64,000 nucleotides of DNA from Dehalococcoidia bacterium. Lineage in GTDB: Bacteria; Chloroflexota; Dehalococcoidia; Lucifugimonadales; UBA1123. The position numbers were made by a program, and so were the translations under genes. Below the pieces are notes generated by a model, which had not been told where the DNA came from, made no database searches, and saw only the letters and a list, made by a program, of their open reading frames with translations. Below, piece by piece: positions 27,344 to 35,993 of the stretch (position 1 is the stretch's first letter; the number at the start of each line of letters is the position of its first letter). The stretch lies in assembly GCA_965217725.1 (NCBI GenBank), contig OZ244564.1:2691371-2755370 (forward strand), read 5' to 3'.

Positions 27344-27814
27344 TCAGGCGTCAGGCTCGACGACGGCGCCTGCGGTCTGGTCCTCTCGCGTTCTGAAGAA
27401 GGTCCTCTTCTTTTTGTGACCAATGCGAGGGGGTGTTTCGGGCGGAGGGATGGCCTCCATGATGTCGAGGTACTGCTGCATGGCGTCTATGCCCAAACGC
27501 ACCGACGCTTCGCTTCTGTACGCTTCGTAGAAGTTGGCGTGCAGGCTTTCTGCCCTGTCGAAGAAGATACTGATTTCAGGGTTTCCTGTCTCAGCCGCCA
27601 GCTTGTCTGCGACCTGACCAAGGTGCTGGTGCGACTCGTGCCCCCATCCGCGTTGTGTGGCCAGCGCCTTCAGGAACTGTGCCGCTGCGCCCCATGCCTT
27701 CTCGGACGCCTGCACGAGATCGCCTCGGTCGAACTCCCACTCGGCCCGGTCCATAAGCCACCGGCCCGTCTGCCTGTACTCTTCAGCTACCTCTTCTACT
27801 GGTATGTATGTCAT
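27344..27814 (-). CDS. PaREP1/HEPN-like helical protein
   Basis: SEKAWGAAAQFLKALA ... SHQHL ... DRAESLHANFYE (an Rx4H motif). The PaREP1 resemblance is from memory. Confidence 0.45.
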   Translation of the reverse strand: MTYIPVEEVAEEYRQTGRWLMDRAEWEFDRGDLVQASEKAWGAAAQFLKALATQRGWGHESHQHLGQVADKLAAETGNPEISIFFDRAESLHANFYEAYRSEASVRLGIDAMQQYLDIMEAIPPPETPPRIGHKKKRTFFRTREDQTAGAVVEPDA

Positions 27815-27828
27815 CGGATGGACCTCTG

Positions 27829-29022
27829 CTAGTCCGCGGCCAGGATGGTAACGCCTGTCGCGTGCCTCGATCCCAGCTGGCCGCCGTTACCGACGGCGAC
27901 TGCCAGATTTGCTCCATCGACCTGCGAGTTTGACTCGCCCCTGAGCTGCCGCGCGGCCTCGATCAGCAGATAGATGCCGCGCTCGCCCGGATGGTTGGAC
28001 GACAGTCCGCCGCCGTCCGTGTTAAGCGCGGGCTTGCGCAGGTCGTCGAACCCCAGATGCCCCTGCGCGACGTACTCTCCACCCTCGCCCTTCGTGCAGA
28101 AGCCCAGATCCTCGATCATGCACATGACCGTTATCGAGAACGAGTCGTATGCCATCAGGACATCAATCTCGTCAGGAGTTACGCCCGCGTCTGCGAACGC
28201 CCTCGGACCTGACTGCGCCCCCGCACTCACGGTGATGTCGCCACCGTTCTCGCGGTACTTGGTCGCTTCTCCCCCGCCGATGACCCACACCGGGGACTTG
28301 GCGCAGTTGGCGGCGACCTCCTTCGACGCGATGACGACCGCGCCGCCACCGTCCGAGATCATGCAGCACTCCAGCAGTCTCAGTGGCCATGCGATCATCC
28401 GCGAGTCAACGACGTCCTCGACGGTCAGCTCACGGATGCCCACGAACTCCAGGTCGGTCATCGCCTTGACCGCCTCCGGGTTTCGCATCGCGTGCTTGCG
28501 AGTGGCGATCGAGATGTGAGCGAACTGCTCGTTGGTCGTTCCGTACTGGTGCATGTGCCGGTTCTTGACCATCGCGTAGTTGGCGATCAGCGTCTGACCC
28601 CAGGACGATTCCATGTTCGTCTGCGGGTTGGGGATTCCCGCTCCCGGCGCGCCGCCAGTGCCGATCCGACGCCTGTCCGAGTGTGCAGTGGAGCCGTAGG
28701 TGATGAGCGCGACATCGCACTTGCCCGCCGCGATCATGGTAGCGGCGTGGTTGGCCTGGAACTCGTATGACGTCCCGCCGACCGCAGTGTTGTCGATCAG
28801 CCTCGGGTTGAGGCCGAAGTACTCCGAGATGCCGAGCCCGCCGATGCTCTGGTGGCCGCCGTGGTCGTATACAGCGTCAACGTCGCTCCAACTCAAACCC
28901 GCATCTTCCAACGCGCGGGCTGCGGACGCGGCCTTGATCTGAAGTGCGCTGACTCCGGGGCCAACGACCCTCAGCGGGTACTCGTGAATGCCGACGATCG
29001 CGGCCTCTCTGGTTTGCGGCAT
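27829..29022 (-). CDS. thiolase-like protein (SCP-x/lipid-transfer type)
   Basis: 397 aa with a thiolase fold pattern: GTSYEFQ, CMISDGGGAVV, NTDGGGLS. Confidence 0.9.
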   Translation of the reverse strand: MPQTREAAIVGIHEYPLRVVGPGVSALQIKAASAARALEDAGLSWSDVDAVYDHGGHQSIGGLGISEYFGLNPRLIDNTAVGGTSYEFQANHAATMIAAGKCDVALITYGSTAHSDRRRIGTGGAPGAGIPNPQTNMESSWGQTLIANYAMVKNRHMHQYGTTNEQFAHISIATRKHAMRNPEAVKAMTDLEFVGIRELTVEDVVDSRMIAWPLRLLECCMISDGGGAVVIASKEVAANCAKSPVWVIGGGEATKYRENGGDITVSAGAQSGPRAFADAGVTPDEIDVLMAYDSFSITVMCMIEDLGFCTKGEGGEYVAQGHLGFDDLRKPALNTDGGGLSSNHPGERGIYLLIEAARQLRGESNSQVDGANLAVAVGNGGQLGSRHATGVTILAAD

Positions 29023-29159
29023 TTCCAGACGCTCCTTTCGCGAGGCAACTCCTCGCTCATCATGCTCAAACGTGGGCCAAAGTTAGCACACGCCCTATAC
29101 ACCGTCAACGAGATTTGCGCCCCAGGATGCTGTGCCAGCTTCTGTAAGCATTCCCCTCG

Positions 29160-29364
29160 CGTCACTCCGGCGAAAGCCGGAATCTGGGGGTGGCGCCCGC
29201 AGGGCCATCGCATTTGGATTGCGATGGCCCCACCCTCCCAGCAATAGCGGGAATCCGACGCCCGAACCCGACAAATACTGTCACTTGAGAGTCCGATTTG
29301 CGCGGTGAGGCCTCTGTCTTCCGCCAAAGTGACTCCAGATTGGCCTAAGTGCGATTGCCCTGGG
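29160..29364. repeat. REP/MITE-like composite repeat, family A, locus 1
   Basis: GTCACTCCGGCGAAAGCCGGAATCTGGGGGTGG hairpin module (29161..29193), palindrome GGGCCATCGCA-TTTGGAT-TGCGATGGCCC (29202..29230), and GTGCGATTGCCCTGG (29349..29363). Confidence 0.75.
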
Positions 29365-29445
29365 CAAACAGGGGTGGAGAGCAGTGGTTGGTCAGTCACA
29401 GGGACATCCGTCGGTTGCGCCTGAGGACGACACAAGAGAGCGAGG

Positions 29446-29847
29446 TTAAGGCGCCTGTTCAGCTTGGACTACTATACCGAGGTCTGGTGCTCGGGCGAGA
29501 CGCATATCGGCTGTCAACAATGGTAGATCATGCGCTCGGGCGGCAGCGACGTAGAGTGCGTCATATGCGCTGACATTGCGATAGTAGTCCCAGGCAAGCC
29601 GAGCCAACTCCCGGTTAGGTATGCGGTGGACTGGCCAGTAAGGCACGTCTTCGACAATCATCACGGCTCGTGATTCCTCTATGTGACCGCGCAACACCCA
29701 ACTACGTAACACGGATAGAATCTCCGCGTCGATCAGTTCTGGAGCCACAAGCGGATCGTCCTCGACGAGATCAGCAACGTGAGTACCCAACGATGATTTG
29801 ACCAGGTATTCGACCGCTGCCGAGGCATCGATTACGTATGCGGTCAA
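29446..29847 (-). CDS. PIN-domain toxin (VapC family)
   Basis: AYVIDASAAVEYL ... DALYVAAA ... LLTAD acidic-residue pattern. 4-nt overlap with the antitoxin. Confidence 0.85.
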   Translation of the reverse strand: MTAYVIDASAAVEYLVKSSLGTHVADLVEDDPLVAPELIDAEILSVLRSWVLRGHIEESRAVMIVEDVPYWPVHRIPNRELARLAWDYYRNVSAYDALYVAAARAHDLPLLTADMRLARAPDLGIVVQAEQAP

Positions 29848-30077
29848 CCGATCTCTCTATCGCGGAGCGTGCGCTCCTCTCTGAGCGTGGTTACCGAGTT
29901 AATCACTGGATCGGTCTTGGGATGCCGAGCGAAGCGCTCACGCCAGTTCGCCCATGCCAATTCGCGCTCAATGGCAGTGAGAACCACCGAACTGATCGTA
30001 GTGTCGTTCTGACGGGCATGGCGACGCAGACGCTCATGAAGGGCGTCAGGTATGTTCTTTACCTGCAAGTTAGCCAT
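29844..30077 (-). CDS. ribbon-helix-helix (FitA/Arc-like) antitoxin (VapB)
   Basis: MANLQVKNIPDALHERLRRHARQNDTTISSVVLTAIEREL. ATG at 30077; the ORF-track start at 30164 is unlikely. Confidence 0.75.
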   Translation of the reverse strand: MANLQVKNIPDALHERLRRHARQNDTTISSVVLTAIERELAWANWRERFARHPKTDPVINSVTTLREERTLRDREIG

Positions 30078-30154
30078 GTCATGACAATAGCATCCCCAGT
30101 GCATGGATACAACGTTCCAGACCCTGGACGATGTGGGACCAGTGTGTGCAGCGC

Positions 30155-31390
30155 CTAATCCCACCGCCGCTCGGATCCCCTGACAAGGTAGAGAAGCTGG
30201 GGCGGCGCCAAGAGAATTGCCACGCTGACGAGAGCGGTGCGTAGTCCCCTGACGGTTGCCAGCAGGCCAATGCCCGGACCAAATACAACTTGGCCAAACG
30301 AGTTCGCCTGCTCGTGAATGGAGAATACCGTCGCCCGATACTCGGACTCGCAGTTGCGATTGATCCAGGCGGCGGTGAACGGCTCTGCCACCCTGTGCAG
30401 GATGTACACGACTACAACCATGCCCATAGCAATCCCGAATTCTCCTGCCAGAGCGAACGTCGCAGTGGCCGCGATCATCACAGCGTTGGCCACTGAGAGG
30501 ACAATACGAGGGCCCCAGGAGCGTTCAATGGGCAAGACCCTCTCTATGGCAGCTATGGCGACCGCGCCACCGATGGACGCCGAAGCCTGGACTATGCCGA
30601 ACCAGAGCACTGGGTCGAGCTCCGCGACTCTTGGGAACTCAAACGTGTCGAGCGCGTGCTTGGCCCAGAGTCTGTCGAACGGCTCGCTGGACATGCCGAA
30701 GAAGAGCTGTATCGCCACCAGGGCCATGAGTACGCGGTTGAGCGACACCGCGCGCAGCCCCGTTCTGAGAACACGCGCCATAGACTGCCAATTACCGCGC
30801 TCACTGGCTGGCGTCCGGGTGAATCCCCGCTCGGTCATCGAGACCGACAGGAACACGGCAAGTAGGACAAACATCGCGCCCCCGGCGATAAGCGACAGAC
30901 CGACATAGATGGTCGCGAGCGCGACGCTCAGTCCGATCCCGACGAGTGCGCCAATCGACTCGAACTTGGCCGCCCTGACGAAGACCCTGGCGGTTTCGGA
31001 GTCATCTCGGAGCTCATCGGCGAGCCAAGCTTGAGTCGCGCCACTGGTGAAGGTGAATCCGATTCCCCAAACGATCTGCGCGAGCAGGATGGACGCGAAC
31101 ATCGGTACAGCCCCCTCCAGCATGAATCCGATTCCCACCAGCGCGAAGCCGACGATGAGCGACAGTCTCCGGCTGTAGACATCAGCCAGCACGCCTGTTG
31201 GCACTTCGGCTATGAACACGGTGAATTCAAGAACCGTGCCAACAAGGATGAGCTGCAAAGGTTCCAGTCCGGCTTCGGTGATGCGATAGACGGACGAGAC
31301 CGTAGCGAACGTCATGAACGCCATTTCGCCAGCCACGGTCATAGTGACAAAGACGGGGACGGGTGGGAGCCTGAGGCGGGTAGTGGGCAA
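30155..31390 (-). CDS. MFS transporter
   Basis: About 12 predicted hydrophobic helices. The LADVYSRRL loop motif lies between TM2 and TM3. Confidence 0.85.
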   Translation of the reverse strand: MPTTRLRLPPVPVFVTMTVAGEMAFMTFATVSSVYRITEAGLEPLQLILVGTVLEFTVFIAEVPTGVLADVYSRRLSLIVGFALVGIGFMLEGAVPMFASILLAQIVWGIGFTFTSGATQAWLADELRDDSETARVFVRAAKFESIGALVGIGLSVALATIYVGLSLIAGGAMFVLLAVFLSVSMTERGFTRTPASERGNWQSMARVLRTGLRAVSLNRVLMALVAIQLFFGMSSEPFDRLWAKHALDTFEFPRVAELDPVLWFGIVQASASIGGAVAIAAIERVLPIERSWGPRIVLSVANAVMIAATATFALAGEFGIAMGMVVVVYILHRVAEPFTAAWINRNCESEYRATVFSIHEQANSFGQVVFGPGIGLLATVRGLRTALVSVAILLAPPQLLYLVRGSERRWD

Positions 31391-31858
31391 TGCGGGCCTA
31401 TGAGTCGTGCAAGAAACTCGGGGCCCAGTAGGTTACTGCACACGGGATGGGCCCGCACTGGTCATTGTTAGGATCCGAGACCGGGAGTTCGGCACGCCCG
31501 ACCGCGGCCTGCACCCAGCGCCACGCCGTCATCCTGTGAACATTGACCAGCCGACCATCGCTGACCGTACCATACGAGAGCGCCGGCCTGAAGGCCGTGG
31601 GCGTCTCCCGGCCGGTCCTCTTACGGTGAACGCCCCGCGGACGTCGTCCTCTGGCAATGGTCTGGGTGGTCATGGCGGCCCTGGATCCTCGTGCAACAGT
31701 CTCCCTGAGCGATTGTTGCAACCCGGAGCTTTCTCGTCCAGTTTAAGAAGGGCCGTCAGCTAGGGGGATACCGGCCGGATGCAACACCTCACCTCACAGG
31801 AGGGTGTGGTCGCCAAACGCAAACGCGCTGGATGGGACCAAGACTACCTACTACTGGT

Positions 31859-33012
31859 ACTGACTCACTGACGTTACGCACATTCTGTGGGAACTGATAC
31901 GCTTGGATCATGAACCAAGAACTGCTCGAACTCGCCGCGGCGAGTGATTATCTTCTCAGCTCCTTTGGAGCGACCACCGCGACTGGGCTGTCCGACATGC
32001 TTGACGGCGTGATCAGCCACGACAGGGTGACCCGCTTTCTCGCAGCGGACGACTATGACTCCAGGACTCTGTGGAAGCAGGTCAAGCCCATGGTCAGAGC
32101 GATACAGCACCCCGACGGTGTGCTCATCTTCGATGACACCATACAGGAAAAGCCCCACACCGACGAGAACGAGATAGTCAGTTGGCACTTCGACCACAGC
32201 AAGGGCCGATCGGTCAAGGGCATCAACATCCTCAGCTGTGTTTACCATGCTCAGGGAGTGAGTCTGCCGGTGGCGTTGGAGATCATCCACAAGCCCATTG
32301 AGTTCAAAGATCACAGCACCGGTCGTCTCAGGCGCAGGAGCGAGGTCACCAAGAACGAGTTGATGCGTCGGATGCTCAGAGTGTGTCGGAACAATGGGCT
32401 GGAGTACCGCTGCGTGCTGGCCGACAGCTGGTTTTCGTCCAGGCAGAACATGGAGTTCATACACGACGAGTTGGGCAAGCAGTTCGTGATCGCACTCAAA
32501 TCCAACAGGACGGTGGCATTGAGCTATGAGGAGAAACTTCAGGGTAGCTTTCATCGGATAGACTCACCACACCTGCCGGAAGGCCAACCCCGGCCTCCGC
32601 CGGGGCAGGCTCTGTGCTCGGCTGGCTGAGAGGACTGGACTTTCCAGTACTGCTGATGCGTCAGGTCTTCACGAACGGAGACGGCAGCACAGGGACGCTG
32701 TATCTGGCCTGTAGCGAGCTTGATTCTGAGGGCGAGGCCATAGAAGCAATCTACCACAGAAGGTGGAGAGTGGAGACGTTTCACAAGACGCTCAAGTCCA
32801 ACGCTGCGCTTGGGAGGTCGCCGACGAAGACGGTGCGTACACAGAGCAATCACGTGTTCATGTCCATATACTCGGTCTGTCGTCTGGAGTGGCTCAGCGT
32901 GAGACATCAGATCAATCACTTCGCGCTCAGAACCCGGATATATCTCAAGGCCATTCGTCACGCCTTCGATGAACTACAACTCCCTAAGACTGCGTAACGT
33001 CAGTTAGTCAGT
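31859..33012 (+). mobile_element. IS701-like insertion sequence (1154 bp), transposase frameshifted
   Basis: 22-bp terminal IRs ACTGACTCACTGACGTTACGCA (31859..31880) and its reverse complement at 32991..33012 with 1 mismatch. No obvious TSD. Confidence 0.75.
31910..32997 (+). pseudogene. DDE transposase (IS701/IS4 superfamily) split into two frames at about 32600
   Basis: ORFs 31910..32629 and 32614..32997 are consecutive parts of one transposase. IFDDT and LADSWF are DDE-region motifs, and YHRRWRVETFHKTLK is the Y-x2-R-x3-E-x6-K signature. The frame switch sits at the GC hairpin CCCCGGCCTCCGCCGGGG. Confidence 0.7.
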
Positions 33013-33015
33013 GAA

Positions 33016-33122
33016 ATGCGATTGCCCTAGCGGTGCCCGTCGATGCTGTCCCAGATTAGTAGGCACAGCCCTCTCCGTCATTCCGGCGAAAGCCGGAATC
33101 CAGGGGTGGTGGGGCAACTTTC
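33016..33122. repeat. REP/MITE-like repeat, family A, locus 2
   Basis: ATGCGATTGCCCTAG (33016..33030) abuts the IS end. The GTCATTCCGGCGAAAGCCGGAATCCAGGGGTGGTGGGGC module lies at about 33077..33115. Confidence 0.7.
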
Positions 33123-33258
33123 GCAGAGGCCACCTACCAATTTGGGACAGGTTCGTGCCCGTCTCACACATTGACGGCATTTCACCCACTTTGTATATTG
33201 CGGCCCATACCCTCAATCGCTTCACACTCAGCCATATCCACCCCCAGGGGGACACGCC

Positions 33259-33663
33259 ATGCAGAGATGGGAACCCAGCACCTCGCCCGTCATATACCGA
33301 CGCTTCCAGGCCAACGAGTCTCTCGTCGCCGAGCTTGAAGAGTTCGCTATCTCAGAGGGCATCCGCGAGGCCGCCATAACGTCTTGTATAGGCAGCCTCA
33401 GACAGCTCCGGCTCCGCAACCTGTGCGGGTTCGACGACGACAATTCGCCTGAGTTCGAGAGAACGGTGATCGACGAGAACCTTGAGCTTGTCAGCGCAGA
33501 AGGCTACATCCAGCCGATGCTGGAAGGCGGTATCCGTGTTCATATCCATCTGGCGGCCGCGCGGCCTTCGGGAGAGATGGTCGGAGGACACTGTGAAGAA
33601 GCGACGACCTTTACGGGCGCGTTTATGTACCTCCACGTACTGGAACAGCAAACCAGCGCCTGA
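33259..33663 (+). CDS. PPC (DUF296) domain protein
   Basis: 134 aa: IGSLRQLRLRN ... LVSAEGYI ... HIHLAAARPSGEMVGGHCEE resembles the PPC/DUF296 beta-sheet pattern (recollection). Confidence 0.55.
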   Translation: MQRWEPSTSPVIYRRFQANESLVAELEEFAISEGIREAAITSCIGSLRQLRLRNLCGFDDDNSPEFERTVIDENLELVSAEGYIQPMLEGGIRVHIHLAAARPSGEMVGGHCEEATTFTGAFMYLHVLEQQTSA

Positions 33664-33683
33664 CATCGCGGGAGACGTATCTA

Positions 33684-34490
33684 ATGAGTACCCATAACAC
33701 ATCGGCCAGCAGGCTGAGCGGCAAGGTCGCCATAGTGAGCGGCGCGGGAACCTACGGCGGGGCCGGAGTTGGCAACGGCGCGGCTGCCGCCATCCTTTTC
33801 GCCCGCGAAGGCGCGCGCGTCGTGCTGGTCGACGCAGTCCGCGAGTGGGCCGACGCGACCAGGGAGATCATTGAGGAAGAGGGCGGCGAGGCCATGACCG
33901 CTACCGCCAACGTGACCGAGTCTGAAGAGTGCAGGCGTGTTGTCGATGCGGCTGTGGACCGCTTCGGCAGGCTCGACATCCTGCACAACAACGTCGGCGG
34001 CGGAGGTGGGTCGGGCAGCGTAGTGGACACCACCGACGAAGACTGGGCAAACAGCATGTCAGTTAACGTCATGAGCATGATTAACATGAGCCGCTACGCG
34101 GTGCCCCAGATGGGAACCAGCGGCGGCGGCTCGATAATCAACGTCTCGTCAGTAACGGCATTGAGACCCAAGACGATGAGGTCGTCAGCCCCGTACACGG
34201 TCAACAAGTCGGCGGTAGTCGGCCTGACCAGGGCGATGGCAGTCGATCACGCCACCGACAACATCAGGGTCAACTGCATCATGCCCGGCCTGATGTGGAC
34301 TCCCAGGCTGGAGAGTAGCACGCCAGACGCACGCGAAATGCGCCAGACCTCCACGCCCCTGCCCGTCGAGGGACAGGGCTGGGACATCGGCTGGGCGGCG
34401 CTATATCTGGCCAGCGACGAGGCTCGGTTCGTAACCGGCATAACCCTCCCCGTAGACGGAGGCTTCCTGCTCACCAGCGCCCCAAACTAG
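33684..34490 (+). CDS. SDR family oxidoreductase
   Basis: GKVAIVSGAG Rossmann motif, HNNVG (NNAG-equivalent motif), YTVNK (YxxxK). Confidence 0.9.
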   Translation: MSTHNTSASRLSGKVAIVSGAGTYGGAGVGNGAAAAILFAREGARVVLVDAVREWADATREIIEEEGGEAMTATANVTESEECRRVVDAAVDRFGRLDILHNNVGGGGGSGSVVDTTDEDWANSMSVNVMSMINMSRYAVPQMGTSGGGSIINVSSVTALRPKTMRSSAPYTVNKSAVVGLTRAMAVDHATDNIRVNCIMPGLMWTPRLESSTPDAREMRQTSTPLPVEGQGWDIGWAALYLASDEARFVTGITLPVDGGFLLTSAPN

Positions 34491-34514
34491 ACGAATGGCC
34501 CCCTCTCCCTCAGG

Positions 34515-35838
34515 GCTGACAGGGGTAGGCAAAGTGTGAGACAGGTATGAGAACTTGGCAAGCGCACGGGGATCTGGCATCTTTTTGGTATCAGACAGAA
34601 AGGCTGCCAGAGACTCCCATGCGCTTGCCAACCGAATACTATCAGATGAAGCAGACCACCAAACACTACATGCCTCACCTCAGAGAGTCTCAGTTGAAAG
34701 GACTGGTTCTGTGGGTGTTCGGCTCCATACTCGCCAGGAGCGGATGTCAGAACGCCGTCGCCACAGAGCTTTCGTTCATGGGTAGTTTCAACAGCATCCG
34801 ACAGTATCTCAGAGAGTGGCTGTACGATGGACAGGACCGCTCCAACCCATGTCGAGTGCAGTTGGATGTCAGACTGAGCTTCGTTCCGCTGTTGAAGTGG
34901 TTGCTGGAGCTTTGGGAGTCGGACAGGCTGGTGCTGGCCACAGACCCCACGATGAAGGGAGATCGGATAAACGCCATCGTAATAAGCGTGGTCTATCGAA
35001 GCTGCGCGATTCCGGTCGCCTGGCGCATTCTGCCCGCCAACACGCCTGGCAGGTGGATGGAGTCGATAGTGGACATGCTCGGGATGCTGTCCGAAGCGAT
35101 GCCGAAGCACATGACGGTGTTGGTGATGTGCGACAGGGGACTGAGAAGCCCCAGACTGTGGGATCGGATACGTTGTGCGGGATGGCATCCATATGTACGG
35201 CAGTCGATCAACACTGTGTTCTGTCCTGACGGAGGAACCCGTCTGCCGGCACGATACCTCGTTGCTGGACCCGGACACGCATATGTTGGGTTCGGGACGG
35301 CTTTCAGCAGACCGAGCATACGCCGACGCGCAACGATGATCGTGGTATGGGACAGAGGTCAGGAAGAGCCATGGGTGGTGATGACCGATCTTGCGCCCAT
35401 CGAAGCGGGAGTGTGCTGGTACATGCTTCGTTTCTGGATAGAATTGGGCTTCAGGATGCTCAAGAGCTTTGGGTGGCAGTGGCAGAACACTCGCAGGACC
35501 GATCCCGAACGGGTGTCGAGACACTGGTTGGCGATGTCGGTGGCAACGCTGTGGACGCTGGCGTATGGCACCAGAGTGGAAGACGCCAACGACCTGGGTA
35601 TAGCCCCCGGTCGTCTGAGATCGCCTCCGAAACTGCTTGCGCCGACTCATCGCAGCGCACCCAGACGAATCGTAAGCGTGCTTCGACTTGGTGCGAGTTG
35701 TCTGAGACGGCTGCTGCACAGGGGCAGACTCTGGCGCAGAGTCTGGTTGCTTCCCGAACCGTGACCCAAACCACCGCCCGACATGAAGCTCACTTACCAT
35801 GCCGATACCTGAAACAATCAATGCCTACCCCTGTCAGC
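34515..35838 (+). mobile_element. intact IS4/IS701-like insertion sequence (1324 bp) with 9-bp target duplication
   Basis: Perfect 17-bp IRs GCTGACAGGGGTAGGCA (34515..34531) and TGCCTACCCCTGTCAGC (35822..35838). Flanking direct repeat TCCCTCAGG at 34506..34514 and 35839..35847. Confidence 0.85.
34547..35764 (+). CDS. DDE transposase (IS4/IS701-like)
   Basis: 405-aa uninterrupted ORF: LATDPT, LVMCDRG, and the YMLRFWIELGFRMLK (Y-x2-R-x3-E-x6-K) signature. Confidence 0.85.
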   Translation: MRTWQAHGDLASFWYQTERLPETPMRLPTEYYQMKQTTKHYMPHLRESQLKGLVLWVFGSILARSGCQNAVATELSFMGSFNSIRQYLREWLYDGQDRSNPCRVQLDVRLSFVPLLKWLLELWESDRLVLATDPTMKGDRINAIVISVVYRSCAIPVAWRILPANTPGRWMESIVDMLGMLSEAMPKHMTVLVMCDRGLRSPRLWDRIRCAGWHPYVRQSINTVFCPDGGTRLPARYLVAGPGHAYVGFGTAFSRPSIRRRATMIVVWDRGQEEPWVVMTDLAPIEAGVCWYMLRFWIELGFRMLKSFGWQWQNTRRTDPERVSRHWLAMSVATLWTLAYGTRVEDANDLGIAPGRLRSPPKLLAPTHRSAPRRIVSVLRLGASCLRRLLHRGRLWRRVWLLPEP

Positions 35839-35870
35839 TCCCTCAGGGAGAGGGTTGGGGTGAGGGTGAC
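35839..35870. repeat. right half of REP-like palindrome (family B) split by the IS
   Basis: Joining 34501..34514 to 35848..35870 reconstructs CCCTCTCCCTCAGGGAGAGGGTTGGGGTGAGGGTGAC, a palindrome related to 22641..22667. Confidence 0.75.
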
Positions 35871-35993
35871 AAGTCTGATTCCGACCAAGAATGCCTGGCG
35901 CGTAGGTACGGACTATCCGGGGACTTTGCATAAATCCTGTAACATACCTTGACGCAGTACGCGCAGGGATCAGTCACACTGGAGGCAAGCAAC

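Noticed and set aside
31398-31721. 107-aa minus-strand ORF upstream of the MFS gene with a faint HTH-like segment (RLVNVHRMTAWRWVQ)
   Set aside because: It is Arg/Gly-rich and low-complexity, with no solid motif and no SD seen. It could be a relic of an IS ORF-A or simply non-coding. Not reported as a feature.
32575-32630. Programmed ribosomal frameshift in the IS701-like transposase
   Set aside because: IS701/IS4-type transposases are normally single ORFs, and there is no A/T-rich slippery heptamer. The shift coincides with a GC palindrome that looks like an insertion or indel. Called a pseudogene instead.
34487-35821. 444-aa minus-strand ORF covering the IS
   Set aside because: It is antisense to the transposase, which carries the DDE and YxxRxxxE signatures. 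Its composition is low-complexity (R/P/S/H-rich). Shadow ORF.
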